The notes beneath the pieces are model-generated. The model made no database searches. It had not been told where the DNA came from and was given only the letters and a program-made list of their open reading frames with translations. Made by a program: the position numbers and the translations under genes. Below, one piece after another: positions 13,649-27,385 of a stretch of DNA of 64,000 nucleotides (positions are counted from its first letter, which is position 1; the number at the start of each line of letters is the position of its first letter). The stretch is taken from NCBI RefSeq assembly GCF_963676685.1, contig NC_092357.1, positions 310,001 to 374,000 on the forward strand, read 5' to 3'. This DNA comes from Mytilus edulis (Eukaryota).

Positions 13649-14618
13649 AATATGAGGCAGGCATTACCTGTGAATGGGGACGAAGTCTATGATTTTTTTT
13701 TAATCAACAATGTTAAAAAGAGAAACGGAAATACCGTTACGTTTCCGATTGTGGTTCTGTTGTTAGGGATTTTAGTTGTGACGTTATTTAACTTATGATG
13801 TCATATTCAATGTAAACAAAGAAACGCTGTCATCAGGTAACGTTTATTTTTAATAACAAACATTTTTTTTAAATGGATTAGTATTAGTTCCTTTCTTAGA
13901 CTGATAAATATACATTTTATTCAAAGTCTCATGTAAACAAGACCGGAAACGGAAGTAGATTTCTGCGCAGATCCGGAAATTAAAAAACGCAACAAAAAAA
14001 AATTGAACGATTTTGAGTTCATTAGTACAATGAAAAATTCGGAAAATTTTCCCGATTTAAAAAGAAAACTATTATTGAATTTTCTACTGTAATAGGGAAC
14101 TTTGTCCCCATATAAGATAAAATTAAAAAAAATAATATGAGGCAGGCATTACCTGTGAATGGGGACGAAGTCTATGATTTTTTTTTAAATCAACAATGTT
14201 AAAAAGAGAAACGGAAATACCGTAACGTTTCCGATCTTGGTTCTGTTGTTAGGGATTTTAGTTGTGACGTTATTTAACTTATGACGTCATATTCAATGTA
14301 AACAAAGAAACGCTGTCATCAGGTAACGTTTATTTTTAATAACAAACTTTTTTTTTTAAATGAATTAGTATTAGTTCCTTTCTTAGACTGATAAATATAC
14401 ATTTTATTCAGTCTCATGTAAACCAGACCGTAAACGGAAGTAGATTTCTGCGCAGATCCGGAAATTAAAAAACGCGACAAAAAAAAATTGAACGATTTTG
14501 AGTTCATTAGTACAATGAAAAATTCGGGAAATTTTCCCGATTTAAAAAAAAAAATTATTATTGAATTTTGTACTGTAATAGGGGACTTCGTCCCCATATA
14601 AGATAAAATTAAAAAAAA
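13649..14618. repeat. Tandem duplication of a ~485-bp unit (13649-14133 and 14134-14618) in the MULE arm
   Basis: AATATGAGGCAGGCATTACCTGTGAATGGGGACG starts at 13649 and at 14134; the two copies are near-identical. Confidence 0.92.
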
Positions 14619-14624
14619 TATAAC

Positions 14625-15115
14625 TTAAATTCACGAAAAAGCATATAACCCGGTCAAAGTCTGTAAATTGATTCTTGAAAACATTTAAATGACAAATAAT
14701 ATGATATAACCAAAAACATAAATATATTACTATAAAAGGGCAAAAAGTTGACCGGAAGTCACCCTTGTACACAAATGTTGAAGTGAAATTTTCAACTTTG
14801 AATTAGAATTCACAAAAATATAAAAAAGCCCGGTCAAACTCTATCAATTGATTCTTAAAGACATTTAAATGACAAATAATATGATATAACCAAAAAATTA
14901 AATATATTACTATAAAAGGGCAAAAAGTTGACCGGAAGTCACCCTTGTATACAAATATTGAAGTGAAATTTTCAACTTTGAATTAAAATTCCCAAAAATA
15001 TAAAAAGCCCGGTCAAAATCAAGAACAAGATTCGAAAAGACAATTTAATAACAAATGATTTGATATAAATAACAATAAAAATATATCAAACTAAAATTGC
15101 AAAAACTTGACCCGT
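14625..15115. repeat. ~180-bp tandem repeat, ~2.7 copies
   Basis: CCCGGTCAAA...ACATTTAAATGACAAATAATATGATATAACC...TTGACCGGAAGTCACCCTTG repeats with a 180-bp period. Confidence 0.88.
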
Positions 15116-15518
15116 TGCCTAGCTTGTGTTTTAATCTTGACCCCTCTTTTATGGAAAAAATAATGACTAAAACTAGATATAAAATACTTGCTATTTTTAT
15201 TTCATTTAATCAAATTTCAATAGTATATCATTTCTGATATTTCATGTGTTCCATTTAGACATTAACAACCCTCCTCCTTTTTCACCCGGGCTTGGGACCG
15301 GCGTTGGCGGAGTTATTGTTTTTTGTTTGTTTTTTTTGTTTGTTTTATTATTTTGCTTAATTATTTATTGATACACTACACTCAGTGGCTTTTATTTATC
15401 TATTTATTATCTATTTTATGTAGGAAAAATAATGTTCAAATTAATTTCAAGAATAGGTATTGTTAACATTTTAAAAATTTATTTCAAATTTATCAATATA
15501 TAATTTCAGTTAAACTAT

Positions 15519-17495
15519 CTATGTACTTTTTTTGGGAAAATGTGTGAATTTAAACCCAGTTTGACAAAATTCAAGAGCATTTGCAATTGCAAAAAGTCCA
15601 CAATCTATGCTGTTTTGTTGTTTTTGGACATCGGGTATTCTTATTATTAATTTTTTCTTGTCTTTACCGTAGATTTGCGTTAACTGATATTCTAATGAAG
15701 TTGTTAAATTTAATGATAAGCTGTCTAGAAGATATATGTTTCCATCTCTAGTTTGAAGAGACAAAACCCAATGAGCATTACTATTATTGTGTATTTGTAC
15801 ACTTGGTGACTCTTGTGATTGAAAACCTGTTTCACTTACCCATTTACCATTTACCTTAACCGGCGCTAAAGTTGTTTCCTGGAACCCATTTATTTCTGGA
15901 AACTCAAATTTCAGAAGATTTTGCGTTGAAATAATGATATCAGAACATAGATACTTATTATTTAAAATATTTTGTTTGTGCTGTTGACTGCAATATCCTA
16001 TCCACGTGAGATCTGATAGTTTTTGTTTTTTTAGTGGGGGTTTCCATTTCATCTAAGTTGATATCGTCTATCTTTCTTTTTTCACGGGGAGTGATTTATT
16101 AATTTCGGTCGATTTTTTTTCCTCATCTATAATATGTGTTTTTCCCCCATCTTCTTCGATTACACTAAGTTCAAGGTTTTTTTCCGATTTAGGAGTTGAA
16201 AATTCTGTTGATATTTTAGGCGTTTTATTAGGTTTTATTCTACCATTCGTTGAAGGTGTTGTCATCAATTTTTGCTTTAAAAGAGTATTTATAGAAAATT
16301 GTGAATCTTGCGCAGGTTCGAATTCAATTCCATAATCATTTGCTCTTGGTTGTTTTCTTCCTGATTTTTTGTCAATTTTTTTCTTGCTATTTTTTGAAAG
16401 TGCCCTTAAACTAACGACGTTATCTGTTTGTGTTGGCTGTAACCCTGTACTCATTTTTGCAGCCAAAATATGAAAACAAGTAGATGAGGATTCACATTGA
16501 CATGTTTCTTTTGGAAAAAGAGTTACACAGTATTTTCCTTTCCTGCCATTTACAATAAACGCACCTTGTTGTGGAACCAAAGTAATTAAATGATTGTCAA
16601 CAATAAAGCGTGCCAAACTTTGTTGACTGCTATCAGTCGGGTATTCTATGACAGGTTGTTGATTAACTATTACCTCATTATTTTCTAATTTGACCTGATT
16701 AGTACTAGTGTTCTTATCAGAGTTTGTTTGTTTTATGATTTCCTGTGAATTTAAATTGCCTAAAGGATCAGTGTCAGATTGGAAAGAATTAGACTGAAAA
16801 AGTGGCTTGTCGTTTTTTAAATATTCAATTACTTCATCAGGACTTACAATTCTTTTTGGAAATATAGCATCTGATGGTGAAATAAAAACCCAAAGCCAGT
16901 AAATCTACTGGTAGCTCTTTCCAATCATTTTCTCTTTTTAAAACGGCATTCATACTTTCGGAAAGATTGTTTGTTATTCCAGAATAAGGATCAAACATGC
17001 CGGGATATTTTTCAATTAACCATTTACCAGAGTGATTTTTAATTGCCGGAGATATATGTTTATTGAAATGTTCTAAAACTCTAAAACTACGTGGGTCCAT
17101 TTTGATGTTAATTTCAATTTTGTTTCTAAAAATTCTTCTTCATTATCAGAATGCAACATCTGATTCAAATGATCTATATAAATTTTAATATTATCACTAT
17201 CCACTTTGCCTTTTAACCAGAATTTAAAATCTTCTTTCATATGATTCCAACAAAACATAATCGGACAATTTTGTTGGAAAAGTATCTCGAATAGCCCTTT
17301 TTAAACCTGGTTCTTGGTCAATGACAAAAGGAATTTGTTTTTTTATTTATTCTAGGAATTTTATCTTTCAAGAATTTAAACAAAACTTCATGCCATTTAG
17401 CGTGTTTACGTTCATGGATCAAAAATGCCAAAGGAACAAGTGGCGTTTCATCAAATATGACATGTTTGAAAACTATCGGTGATACATAACAATCG
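15519..17495 (-). pseudogene. MULE transposase + SWIM zinc finger + Ulp1/C48 cysteine protease, broken by stops and frameshifts
   Basis: PLVPLAFLIHERK, FCWNH (CxxH motif), ITNNLSESMN (catalytic E), CQCESSSTCFHIL (SWIM), and HWVL...LLDSL...QQNSIDCGLFAIA (Ulp1 H-D-Q-C). Confidence 0.85.
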
Positions 17496-17499
17496 CGAC

Positions 17500-18796
17500 A
17501 ACAGCGTAAAGATCTGGATATATATTTAGGAGTCCATTTATTGTGACAATTTAATATCAAACGGAAGCTTCATCATTTATTTGCTATTTTGTTTATCATT
17601 CATATATCTGAAATTATTATGGTTTCAATCGTTGTGTTAATTTTGTAAATAACATAAGCATACACCTTTTTTTAATGTTTCGCACCAAACGCACCAATAG
17701 TATCTTTACGTATACTATAATGTTTATCTTCAAGTTTGAAAGAGCGACTCTTGCCATCCTTCAGATTAATGATTCTCAAATATAGTGTCCGGCCGTTTAT
17801 AAAGCCAATCATATGCTCTTCAATTATAACAACCTTGTCATTTTCGCTGAAGCAGCATGCATAAAATTTGTAGAACTTATCTGCGTAAATTATGCTTGAT
17901 TGATTATGAAAAAGTGTTTTCTCTGAATGTATGCACAACTGTGATTGCGTAACCTTCAAGTTATTACCACTTGGCTGGCTTTTTGACAATATCGTCTGAG
18001 TATCTTGACCAAAGGTACTTAACATTGTTTCAACATTCTCAGTGAAATTTTCAGGAATAACTTGAACTGACATAGTTCTGATATCATTCTCAAAACCCTG
18101 AAGATTTTCCTCATCTGACAAATGACTGGTATCGAGGTGTTTCACGAGATGGAATAAGTTTACTTCGCTCTCTTCTGTTTCTGCCTTTTCAATGTCTTGC
18201 AGGTTGACTTGAGTTGTTTGTGCTAGAGACGTCAACTGTTCTGTGTTGCTTGCTATTTTCTCAACGCCTTGGTTATAATGAGTATCTATATTTTTCTCTA
18301 GTCGATTCAAACGGTCTTCAATGGTTTAACGTAATTGTTTTAGTCGTTCATGTTGCTGCTCATTGTCGTGGTTTATCTTGCTGGACAGATCATTATATTC
18401 CTCTTTCACTTTTTCTATGATACTTTTCTGGTTGTGTATTCTTTCTTTCAGATCATGTAAAGCTGAACCATCTTTGATTCCCTTGGCAGCTTTCTCTATA
18501 TGATTGATATCACACTCTTTATGTGATTCAGATAAACAAGCAGGACACAATATTTTATCGTGATTAACACAAAAAAAGAGCAACTTCTGTCCGGCGTGTT
18601 CTTTACAAATTTTGGACACGGTTTTGCTTATGTTAGATATATCTTTTATGTCAATAACGTCATGAGGTATGACAAATCTCCTATGGGCTTTACCACAAGA
18701 TCTACACGCAGGCTCCTCACAATCATTACACCACATGACAGCAATCTCTTCTTCATTATCCCTGAGACAACCGGCACACACCTCGTTATCTGCCAT
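17500..18796 (-). pseudogene. RING-less TRIM-like (B-box1/B-box2/coiled-coil, truncated NHL-like C-terminus) pseudogene
   Basis: CAGC...WCNDCEEPACRSCGKAH and CKEH...FCVNHDKILCPACLSESHKEC, then a coiled coil. There is a frameshift at ~18320 and the C-terminus runs into MULE sequence. A splice acceptor TTTTATTTGCAG lies 2 nt before the ATG. Confidence 0.8.
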
Positions 18797-20272
18797 GGCT
18801 GCAAATAAAATAGATAGTCATTTCATGTAGGTTGATATTGATTGATTATTTGGTGTTTAACGACAATTTCAGCACTACATAAAGCTGAGAAAGGAAATGG
18901 GGAATGTGTCAAAGACAGACTATTTCATGACTCTCAGTTATAGTAGATTGAGGAAGCCGGAGTGGTCGTAGAGAACCGCCCACCTTTGGCATGAATCGCT
19001 TTTGGATATAGGAATGAAATAAAACCATTAAATAATTGGAAATTAAATTTAGAGAAGCAAGAAAAGATCAGAAGAAGGGAACTTTGATAAAACAAATTTA
19101 TAAAATTTATTGTCAGTAACTTGATAAAGGAAATCAATGTTACATTACACTTGTAGTAGGAGGTATGTTCGAGTAATGAATGGATGTGTAGGGCGTTTAT
19201 GTTTATGTTTCTACTGTCAGATGATGACTCAGCTTTTGTCTCCAAAGGTTTGGAACCCTCAAATGACAGTGTTGTTCCAACCCCTGATGGGCATAATGGG
19301 AAAAGGAACGTGTGCAGGGAAGTCGCTGGTATCTGCACGGAGGCATTAGCCGTGCACGTTTGTGTTTGGTATATTTTAATAGAAAAGAAAGGATTAGAAG
19401 TATCATTCATGAAACGAAATCAGTATATATACACATAGAAAAACACAAAAATTGAAGGAACAGCGTTTGATGGTCATTTATCCCGCTGTCTAACATTTGA
19501 GCTGCTAATATTTATCATAAATATAATACAATGAACCTGCTGGCTAAGCTTTAAAACATCTTACCTTGTTCACTAACTAAGTTACCAACATACAAATATC
19601 AATAAAAGGAACCTCACTCCAGGTAAAATACATCATGCATAACACGTCCATATGTGTATATCATAATAATGCAGATATTATTGAATGTATTTAAATTACT
19701 TAATAAAATCGATCTTTGATTGGTTAATTATTTTGATTGATAATGTTAATTCTCTTTCAGTCACCAGCTAATAAGATAAAAAAAAAAAGTAGCAAAACCC
19801 AATACAATAGATCATTAAAAGCCTTGCCCTAAGAGGGAGCAAACACTGATAACTTGTGTATGTCTTAAGAATTGTTTTCAAGCCATATTTGCTTTTCAGA
19901 AATGAAGGATGAACAAAATAAAATAAAAATTGAGATCTTTTTGTCAGATCAAGAGCTGTTTTTATAAATACAGGTATATTTTAAGTTATTTTACAATTAG
20001 TAACATCAATTTTATGCCTGTAAAGGTTTGCGTGAATTAGATGTGGATACTAAAAAAATCCAAAAATTGTTTAAAGTTCATACAACCTAAGACTCTTTCA
20101 TCAAACATTTGACTTTTCTACACTTTACACAAGTATTCCCCATTTCAAACTAAAAGATAAATTGAGTTGGTTTTGCTATATATGTTTCATAAAAAATAAT
20201 GACCAACGTAGATACATGTATCTTGTCTTTTGGAGGGATTAATTCTACTTTGTTGTAACATCTCTTGTTTCC

Positions 20273-23200
20273 TATGCTGAGCCGGACTCAACTAGTTTAA
20301 CCACGTTACTGCAATCGCAATCTCGATGAATATATAAAGAACACAACTTGTTTTGAAAATTGTAATTAATATATTCCACCAGAAAGGTTTACATAGTAGT
20401 CAGTAGATTGGTAAACTGAAAGAAATAAAAATACAATATTTTACAATGTGTACGAATTAAATATGAACGTTAAATACAAGATTATTAATCGAGTCAAAAA
20501 CGAAAGTAGAATTTACAGTTCATTTCTCGGATATAAATAACTTACAGTTCGTATGTATTTATAAATCACTTATCCAAAAATAACGGAGTTAAACAGATTA
20601 ATTTATCAGTTTATGATTGAATCAAACGTACTCAGTTGACAGTGGTATGTCTCAATTTCCTCAGAAGGTAAAAAAAGTCGTCCATTTTCCATGTGTTGAA
20701 AAGTTGATGCGGACGGTGTCACAGAAATTAAAGGTAGTCTATAAATACGTTGATTTAAGAAATCGGTCCAGTTCAATTTGTTCCGGATAAATATGAAAAC
20801 ATGTAATAAACATTGAATGTGGAACAGAATACTCCTCGTCTGATGTCTTACTGATATCACTATTTCAAATATATCACACAATTGAATATCTGATTATATA
20901 AATCCAAAGTATCACTATAATATTAATTATACACAGTAATTCTCGATGAGAAGAATCATGTCCACGATTGGTCTTGTGTACACGGATGCTTTTCCATTTA
21001 CGACTACTCGTACTTCTACTTTCCGGACATGTTCGTCGGATCCTTTGAACGATTTTAATATAACTCCTATGGGCCATTGAGTGCGGCAAAGATTTTTGTC
21101 CTTTATGAGAATGACGTCTCCCGTGATAAGATCACGGCGATCGTTGGTCCATTTTCGTCGTGGTTGTAGTAACGGCAGGTACTCTTTTCTCCAACGGGAC
21201 CAGAAAACACTGGCCAGAGCCTGTACACGTCTCCATTCGGCTAGACATAGATCCCGTTTGTCGAATTCTCCAAGCTGATCTGAAGTGAAGATGTAATCGG
21301 TCTTTTGTGTCAATAACATAGCTGGTGTTAAGATTAGCAGATTCTCTGAATCTGTTGATACTGGTACCAGAGGTCTTGAATTGATTATTGCCGAAACTTC
21401 TGCCATGAACGTATTTAGCACGTCATGCGTTATATTCCTTCCAGCGGCGTTGATAAGCATAGAGTCGAGTATTCTCCTTGCTATACCAATCATTCTTTCC
21501 CAGGCTCCACCCATGTGGGAAGAATGTGGCGGATTGAAGATCCAAGTTGTACCAGAATTGTACAGAAAGTTCTTGAAGGGTCCATCTTCAACATTGATTG
21601 AGTCAATCTTTAAATCGTCGATTGCGCCAATAAAGTTTGTTCCACGGTCGGATCGGAAAATCTTAACTTGACCTCTTATAGCGGCGAATCTTCTGACGGC
21701 GTTAATGAAGGCTGAAGAGCTCATTTCCTCGATTAGTTCGATGTGAACAGCTCTAGTCACTAAGCATGTGAAAAGAATTGCCCAACGTTTTGAGTTTGCG
21801 TATCAACCACGTGTTTTACGTGAAACAATTTCCAGGGTCCAAATGTGTCTATTCCAACGTTGGTAAACGGAGGTGATGGTTCAAGACGGTCCTCTGGCAA
21901 ATCAGACATGATTTGACACTCAGTTTTTCCTCTTAGTTTGCGGCATGTCACACATTTGTGAATGAGAGAAGAGATCAAGCGCTTAGCTCCGACGATCCAG
22001 AATCCTGCGGATCGAATCGCTCCATCCGTGAAATGGCGACCTTGATGTTTTATCTTATCATGGTACAAATGTAGTGTCGGACTAATAATGTCGCTATATG
22101 ATGGCGTCCAGGGACGATCAATGGTTTCTTTTCACGGAGGTTTAAGTCAGATTTAGCAATACGGCCTCCTACTCGTAATAGTCCTCGTTCGTCCAAAAAC
22201 GGATTTAGGTTAGCTATCGGGCTCCGCTTATGAATTTGTTGCTGACGTTTAATGCAATCTATTTCATCTCCGTAAACTTCAAATTGAGCAGATATTAAGA
22301 TGAAATTTTCGGCATTCGAATTAAAAGCCTTCCAGAGAAGTCACTGGTGCTGCCTGTTTTGACCCGTGTAAACGGGAAAAACGTTCTAAAAAGGCTATCG
22401 CTCGCACAAGTGATGTCCAGTTGGAGAATCTGTTGAATCTATCAGTTCCGATATCTTTATGCTCAAGTGTGGCAAATGTTTTTGCAACATTAACAGTTGT
22501 ACGGATTTCTCCATCTTACTCTGGGTCTATTAGCTGATATATGTCCTTAGAATTCTTCTGTTCTGAGAAAAGAAGTTGTCTTGGTCCTAATAACCATTCA
22601 CTGTTATGAATTTCGTGAGCAGGTACGGACCTCGTTCCAGAATCTGCGGGATTACGGTTAGTTGGTACATAATTCCATTGACTTGGAGTGCTAAATTTCC
22701 TAATCTTCTCCACTCTATTAGCGACATAGATAAAGAACCTTCTTGTCTCGTTACTGATGTAACCTAAGACAACTTTACTGTCTGTGTAGAATTTCACGTT
22801 GTCTATGTGTAAATCTAAGTTATCCACAATGGTTTGTGTGATCTCAACTGCTAATACGGCAGCAGATAGTTCAAGTCGTGGAATAGTATGACCACTTGTT
22901 GGTGCGACTTTAACTTTCCCAAGAATAAAACCTATGTGTGGTTCACCACTACTGTCGATTGTGCTTAGATATGCAACAGCTGCTATGGCTTTTTCTGATG
23001 CATCAGAGAAGACATGTAACTCCTTTGTGGCGGTTTTGCTGAGATACGGCACGTAGGTACGTGGAATGCGCAATGTTTCGATAGCAATTAGAGTATCTCT
23101 CCAAGATTTCCACTCATCTGCTGTCTCATCAGTGAGAGGTTGGTCCCAATCGACGGTTTCTATAATATTTTCCTTAATAGGAGTTTCCCTTGTATAATCA

Positions 23201-24702
23201 CCGGAGCCAAAAAACCAAGAGGATCGTAGAGACTTTATCGTTGATAAAATTCCTCTCCGAATGATCGGTTTATTTTCTGATGATAATTGAAATAAGAAGT
23301 TGTCAGTGTTTACGTCCCAGCTGAGTCCAAGAATACGTTGTAGGGGGTTTACTGTCGGATTCTAAGTCTAGATCCTTTAGATTTGAAGCCAAATCATTGG
23401 CATGAAACGCAGACATAACTTCTGCACAATTAGAGGCGAACTTGTGAAGCCTTAAGTTTCCATACTTTGCTAATGCTTGTTGTGTGTCCTTCATGAGCTT
23501 AACAGCTTCCTCTTTTGTAGGACATGACGTAAGAACATCGTCGACATAGAAGTCTCTAGTAACAAAGCTAGTCGCGTGACTGCCAAACTCTTGTTCTGAT
23601 GCTTGAGCTGCTTTTCTGAGTCCAAGCGTAGCAACGACAGGTGACGGACTATTTCCGAAAACATGAACTCTCATGCGGTATTCGACAAGGTTCTCCTGTA
23701 GGTCATTGTTTTTATGCCATAAAAATCTCGGGTAATTTCGGTGGTCTTTTCTTACTACATAGCAGTGAAACATGTGTTTAACGTCTGCAGTTACTGCGAC
23801 CATTTCTTTCCTGAAACGCAGCAGTACTCCCAAGAGATCGTTGGTCAAGTTTGGACCTGTTAACAGGACACTGTTGAGTGAAACTCCGTTACATTTGGCG
23901 GAAGAATCAAACACACCCCTAATCTGATCGGGTTTCTTCGGATGATAAACACCAAACAATGGCAAATACCAGCGCTCTTCATGGTCGTCCAATGGTGGAG
24001 CGAGCTCTGCATGGTTATTGTCAAGGATCTTACTCATAAATGTAAGAAAGTGTTCCCGCTTTACTGGGTTTCTATTCAGACTAGTGTCTAACATATTAGC
24101 ACGATGTAGAGCTTGTTGTCTGTTGCTTGGCAACGACTGTCTTGGCACTCGGAACGGTAACGGTGCTACCCAACTTCCTTCCGAGTCTCTCACAAATTCG
24201 TTGTTTATTTGCTTCATGAACATTTTGTCCTCATATGACATTCCAGGCTTATCATCGTCCCTTGTTTTTTCAAAGAGTGGCGATTGTAAATCTTTCGTTA
24301 CAGGGTCCGTGTAATTTTCCCGAATGTCAAACTTGCTTGTGCATGGTTGAAAGTTTGACGGTTGTCCAGTAGGTAGAATGTTGGTTATTTTGACGTTTAA
24401 TTCAAAGGGTACGTGCTGCTTGTTAATGCAGGCCTCTCCTATCACTACCCAACCAAGTTTCAATTGTTGTGCATATGGAGTTCTGGGTGGTCCAATGCGC
24501 TGGTCAAGGACGTGGTGTGCCTCTATAAGGTCTCTGCCAATTAGGAGAAGAATTTGGCAATTTTCGTCTAATGGTAGAATGCTTCCTCTGAGTTCTTTTA
24601 GATGAGGGTGATGTATTGTGACTTCCGGAGTAGGAATTTCGTCCCTATTATTGGGAATATGATCACATTCTATCAAGACCGGCAGGTCAAATTTGTCACT
24701 AC
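20273..24702 (-). mobile_element. Degenerate BEL/Pao LTR retrotransposon (3' LTR 20273-20831 + pol remnant), same family as 55678-63586
   Basis: Minus-strand ORF pieces match the intact copy almost residue for residue (RT YVDD, Pao RNase H HVFSDASE, integrase). PPT GACGAGGAG precedes LTR start TATTCTG. Multiple stops and frameshifts. Confidence 0.95.
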
Positions 24703-25479
24703 CATTACACCCAATTTACAATAGCCTTGACAAATCTCACTACTAGTCTTGTTTGTAGTCTGTTCTACTGTCTTCTCTACTACTTGATGGTCTATTATTG
24801 TCCTTTGTACCCCAATGAATTCTTTAGTAGTTTATTTAGTAACGCTTCGAATATCGGGAAATTAGTTCGTTTGGTGTATATAGCTCATCAATTACTTGAT
24901 TACTCTTTGTTGCCTAATCTTCTTTGCTAATGGATCAAATGTTACTCTGAAGGCAAGTTTGTTTCGAGTATGAGTTGTATTTTTCGTTTAAATTGTTTCA
25001 CGTTTTGTCATGTCGGTCCTTTCTGACTGACTACAAGGTATCTGGTTTGCTAATTACTAGAACGGTATGAAAATATATATTTTACCCAACACATTGTAGA
25101 AAAAAGTATGCAAAAGTTAAAAGTAATGTTTGCACGTCAAAATCGTACAAAGTTGAAAATTAATTTCCCTAAGGAAAAAATCCACCTCCCTCAAAAAATA
25201 GCAACTGGTTGCTAACTGGAATATATAAGTAACCATAATCGGAAGGACAACAGTTTTTCTGATCCGCGAAAGATACCACACATACCGCAATACCGGTATG
25301 TAAAAAAAATTATGGCGAACGACGGACGGGTTATAGTAGACAATAAACCATATGTGCTAATTTCAAAATTCAAGAGTATAGACTTTCAAAATGAACTAAC
25401 ATATTCTAATTTCCATCGATATTGAGTTTTCATCAAGAAATAGACTAAGCTGCTTGGTTTTTTTTTATTTGTTGTTAGT

Positions 25480-25945
25480 GGCTTTGAACTGGCTGTCAGT
25501 AACTGTGAGTACTCACAGATCTGTACCTAGTGTCATTTTGTTGATAGGATATACAAGTATCCGGCCACGTTTACTCTGTGTAGCATTTTTCTTTGTATCC
25601 ATCTGATGAGTTGATCCTTTTTCACTTCATGTGTATTGTTCTTTCTAATGTTGTACCTTTACATCACTGTCCAAGGTTAGTGGGAGGATTGGGAGGCCGG
25701 TAACATGTTTAACCCTGCCACATTCTATATGAATGTGCCTGTCCCAAGTCAGGACCTTGTAATTCAGTGGTTGTCGTTTGTTGGTGTGTTATATATATTT
25801 GTTTTTGTTCATTTTTTATGCATAAATTAGGCCGTTAGTTTTCTCGTTTCAATTGATTTACTTTCGTATTTTCAGAGCCTTTTATAGCTGACTATGCAGT
25901 CTTGGCTTTGCTCATTGTTGAAGGCCGTACGGACGGTGACCTGTA
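25480..25945. repeat. Abundant interspersed repeat (CTTTGCTCATTGTTGAAGGCCGTACGG core); related fragments at ~24960-25050, ~49680-49740 (inverted), ~54140-54370, ~54520-54630
   Basis: The same core motif is seen several times within the window; family not assigned. Confidence 0.65.
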
Positions 25946-26787
25946 TATTCACACGGAAAACCATTTGTACATGTGATTCTTTTACGATTAAAGATCTTTT
26001 TTTTTTAAAGTGTAGTTTTTCTTATTCTTTTTCTTTCCCTTCCTCGTTCATTTATTAGGTTTTTGTTGGGGTGGAAATGAAAAGAAATGAGAAATAAGTT
26101 TTTGAATGTTGTATTTTAATTGATTTTGATATGGAAAGATAATTAGGCCATGTGCAAAAGGGTCATATTTACAGTTTTCTGAACATCTCTCGACTAGCTT
26201 GTCCATAAGGGTGAGGATGTGTATTGGCTAAATTCGTTAGACGGATTAGTTCAATCTTTCTGAATTTTGGATATATTTTTGGACTATAGTACTGTACACA
26301 ACACATTTGACAGGAAGACTTGGTACATTTTTAAGGTAGCACAAAAAAAAGATTTTTCATCCCCAATCAGACATCTTTAAACTGATGTAATTCCACTCAT
26401 CTTTCTTTAAATTTTATAAATGAGGTACCAAAAGAAAGAAGAAGGATTATTCTTTCAAATTGTGATAATTTCATTATGACATAATTATTACATAATCAAT
26501 TGTTATGTAATTAGTTGCCATTCTGTGATGTCCATACTTGAATGAATTAAGCTTCTTTGTTCTTCATAGCATCCTAAATTTTTTTTATAGATTCTTGCAC
26601 AACACAGTTTGACCTCCAAAACTCTGTCTCAGATTTTTCCTATTGTATTTCATTCTCTCATAAATCTTCAATGAAGTTTGCAACATCAATTCATTAGAGA
26701 TCACTAAGTTCAATTGAGTATAAAATTTGTTCTATTGATGATTTTGGAAATCTGAGACACAGTTTTGGAGGTAGCACAATACAAAGA

Positions 26788-27385
26788 TGGTATTCTATTT
26801 CTGATAGAATGTCAGATAGTTCATCAAGACGTGCGTTGTCCTTATTCGTCAAGGTTGGGAATTTGTCAAGTTTACTCCTGAGAGAGGCTTCCAACATTTC
26901 TGGAGCACCATACCGCTCGTCAAGCCTTTTCCATAATCTTTGTATACCTGTTGTAGGATTATTGGCGTTCGACGCTCTTATGCTTATGGCATGTTTAGCA
27001 GACTCTGGACCGAGCCACTTAATCAGTAAGTCGATCTGTTCTGAGTCAGAGACTTGTAACTCATCAGTCACGTTCTTGAAGCTTACTTTCCATGTATGGA
27101 AGGATTCTGCCCGATCGTTAAAGCTTGTTAATCGGGAGAAAAGCAGGTACTTACGTAAGAGAAATCTAGTTATCTCCGATGTGGGGTTGATTTGTTACTG
27201 GTGTGCAACAGGGATCTCTTCTTTAACACCATGTTTGTTGTGTTCAGCAGGGATCTCGTCTGAAAGGCTTAGTTTTTGTAAGCCGGTTACCATTCCCTGA
27301 TCTGGGATTAAGGTAACTTCTGGTGACTTAGTATCGGAAGGCAAGACAGCAGATGTCTGTGGCGGCAAGTTCAGTACCATGGATG
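26788..27385 (-). pseudogene. gag: BEL/Pao gag fragment belonging to the degenerate copy
   Basis: TDELQVSDSEQIDLLIKWLGPESAKHAI... matches ~57565-58243 of the intact element. Confidence 0.92.

Larger units (their letters stand above)
13521..17495 (-). mobile_element. Degenerate Mutator-like (MULE) DNA transposon, 5' part deleted; long repeat-rich right arm
   Basis: Transposase fragments plus SWIM and Ulp1 domains (next feature), followed by subterminal repeats. A putative terminus GGGAAGGTCTAAAACGCGGAAGTGGAAAACGCGGAAGT lies at 13521, but it is uncertain because no partner TIR was seen. Confidence 0.7.

Noticed and set aside
18934-19438. Overlapping ORFs of 67-158 aa upstream of the TRIM-like pseudogene
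   Set aside because: No recognisable domain or splice pattern could be supported. A small exon cannot be excluded.
25598-25630. CTGATGAG as another hammerhead
   Set aside because: No GAAA after a stem II, so the core is incomplete.
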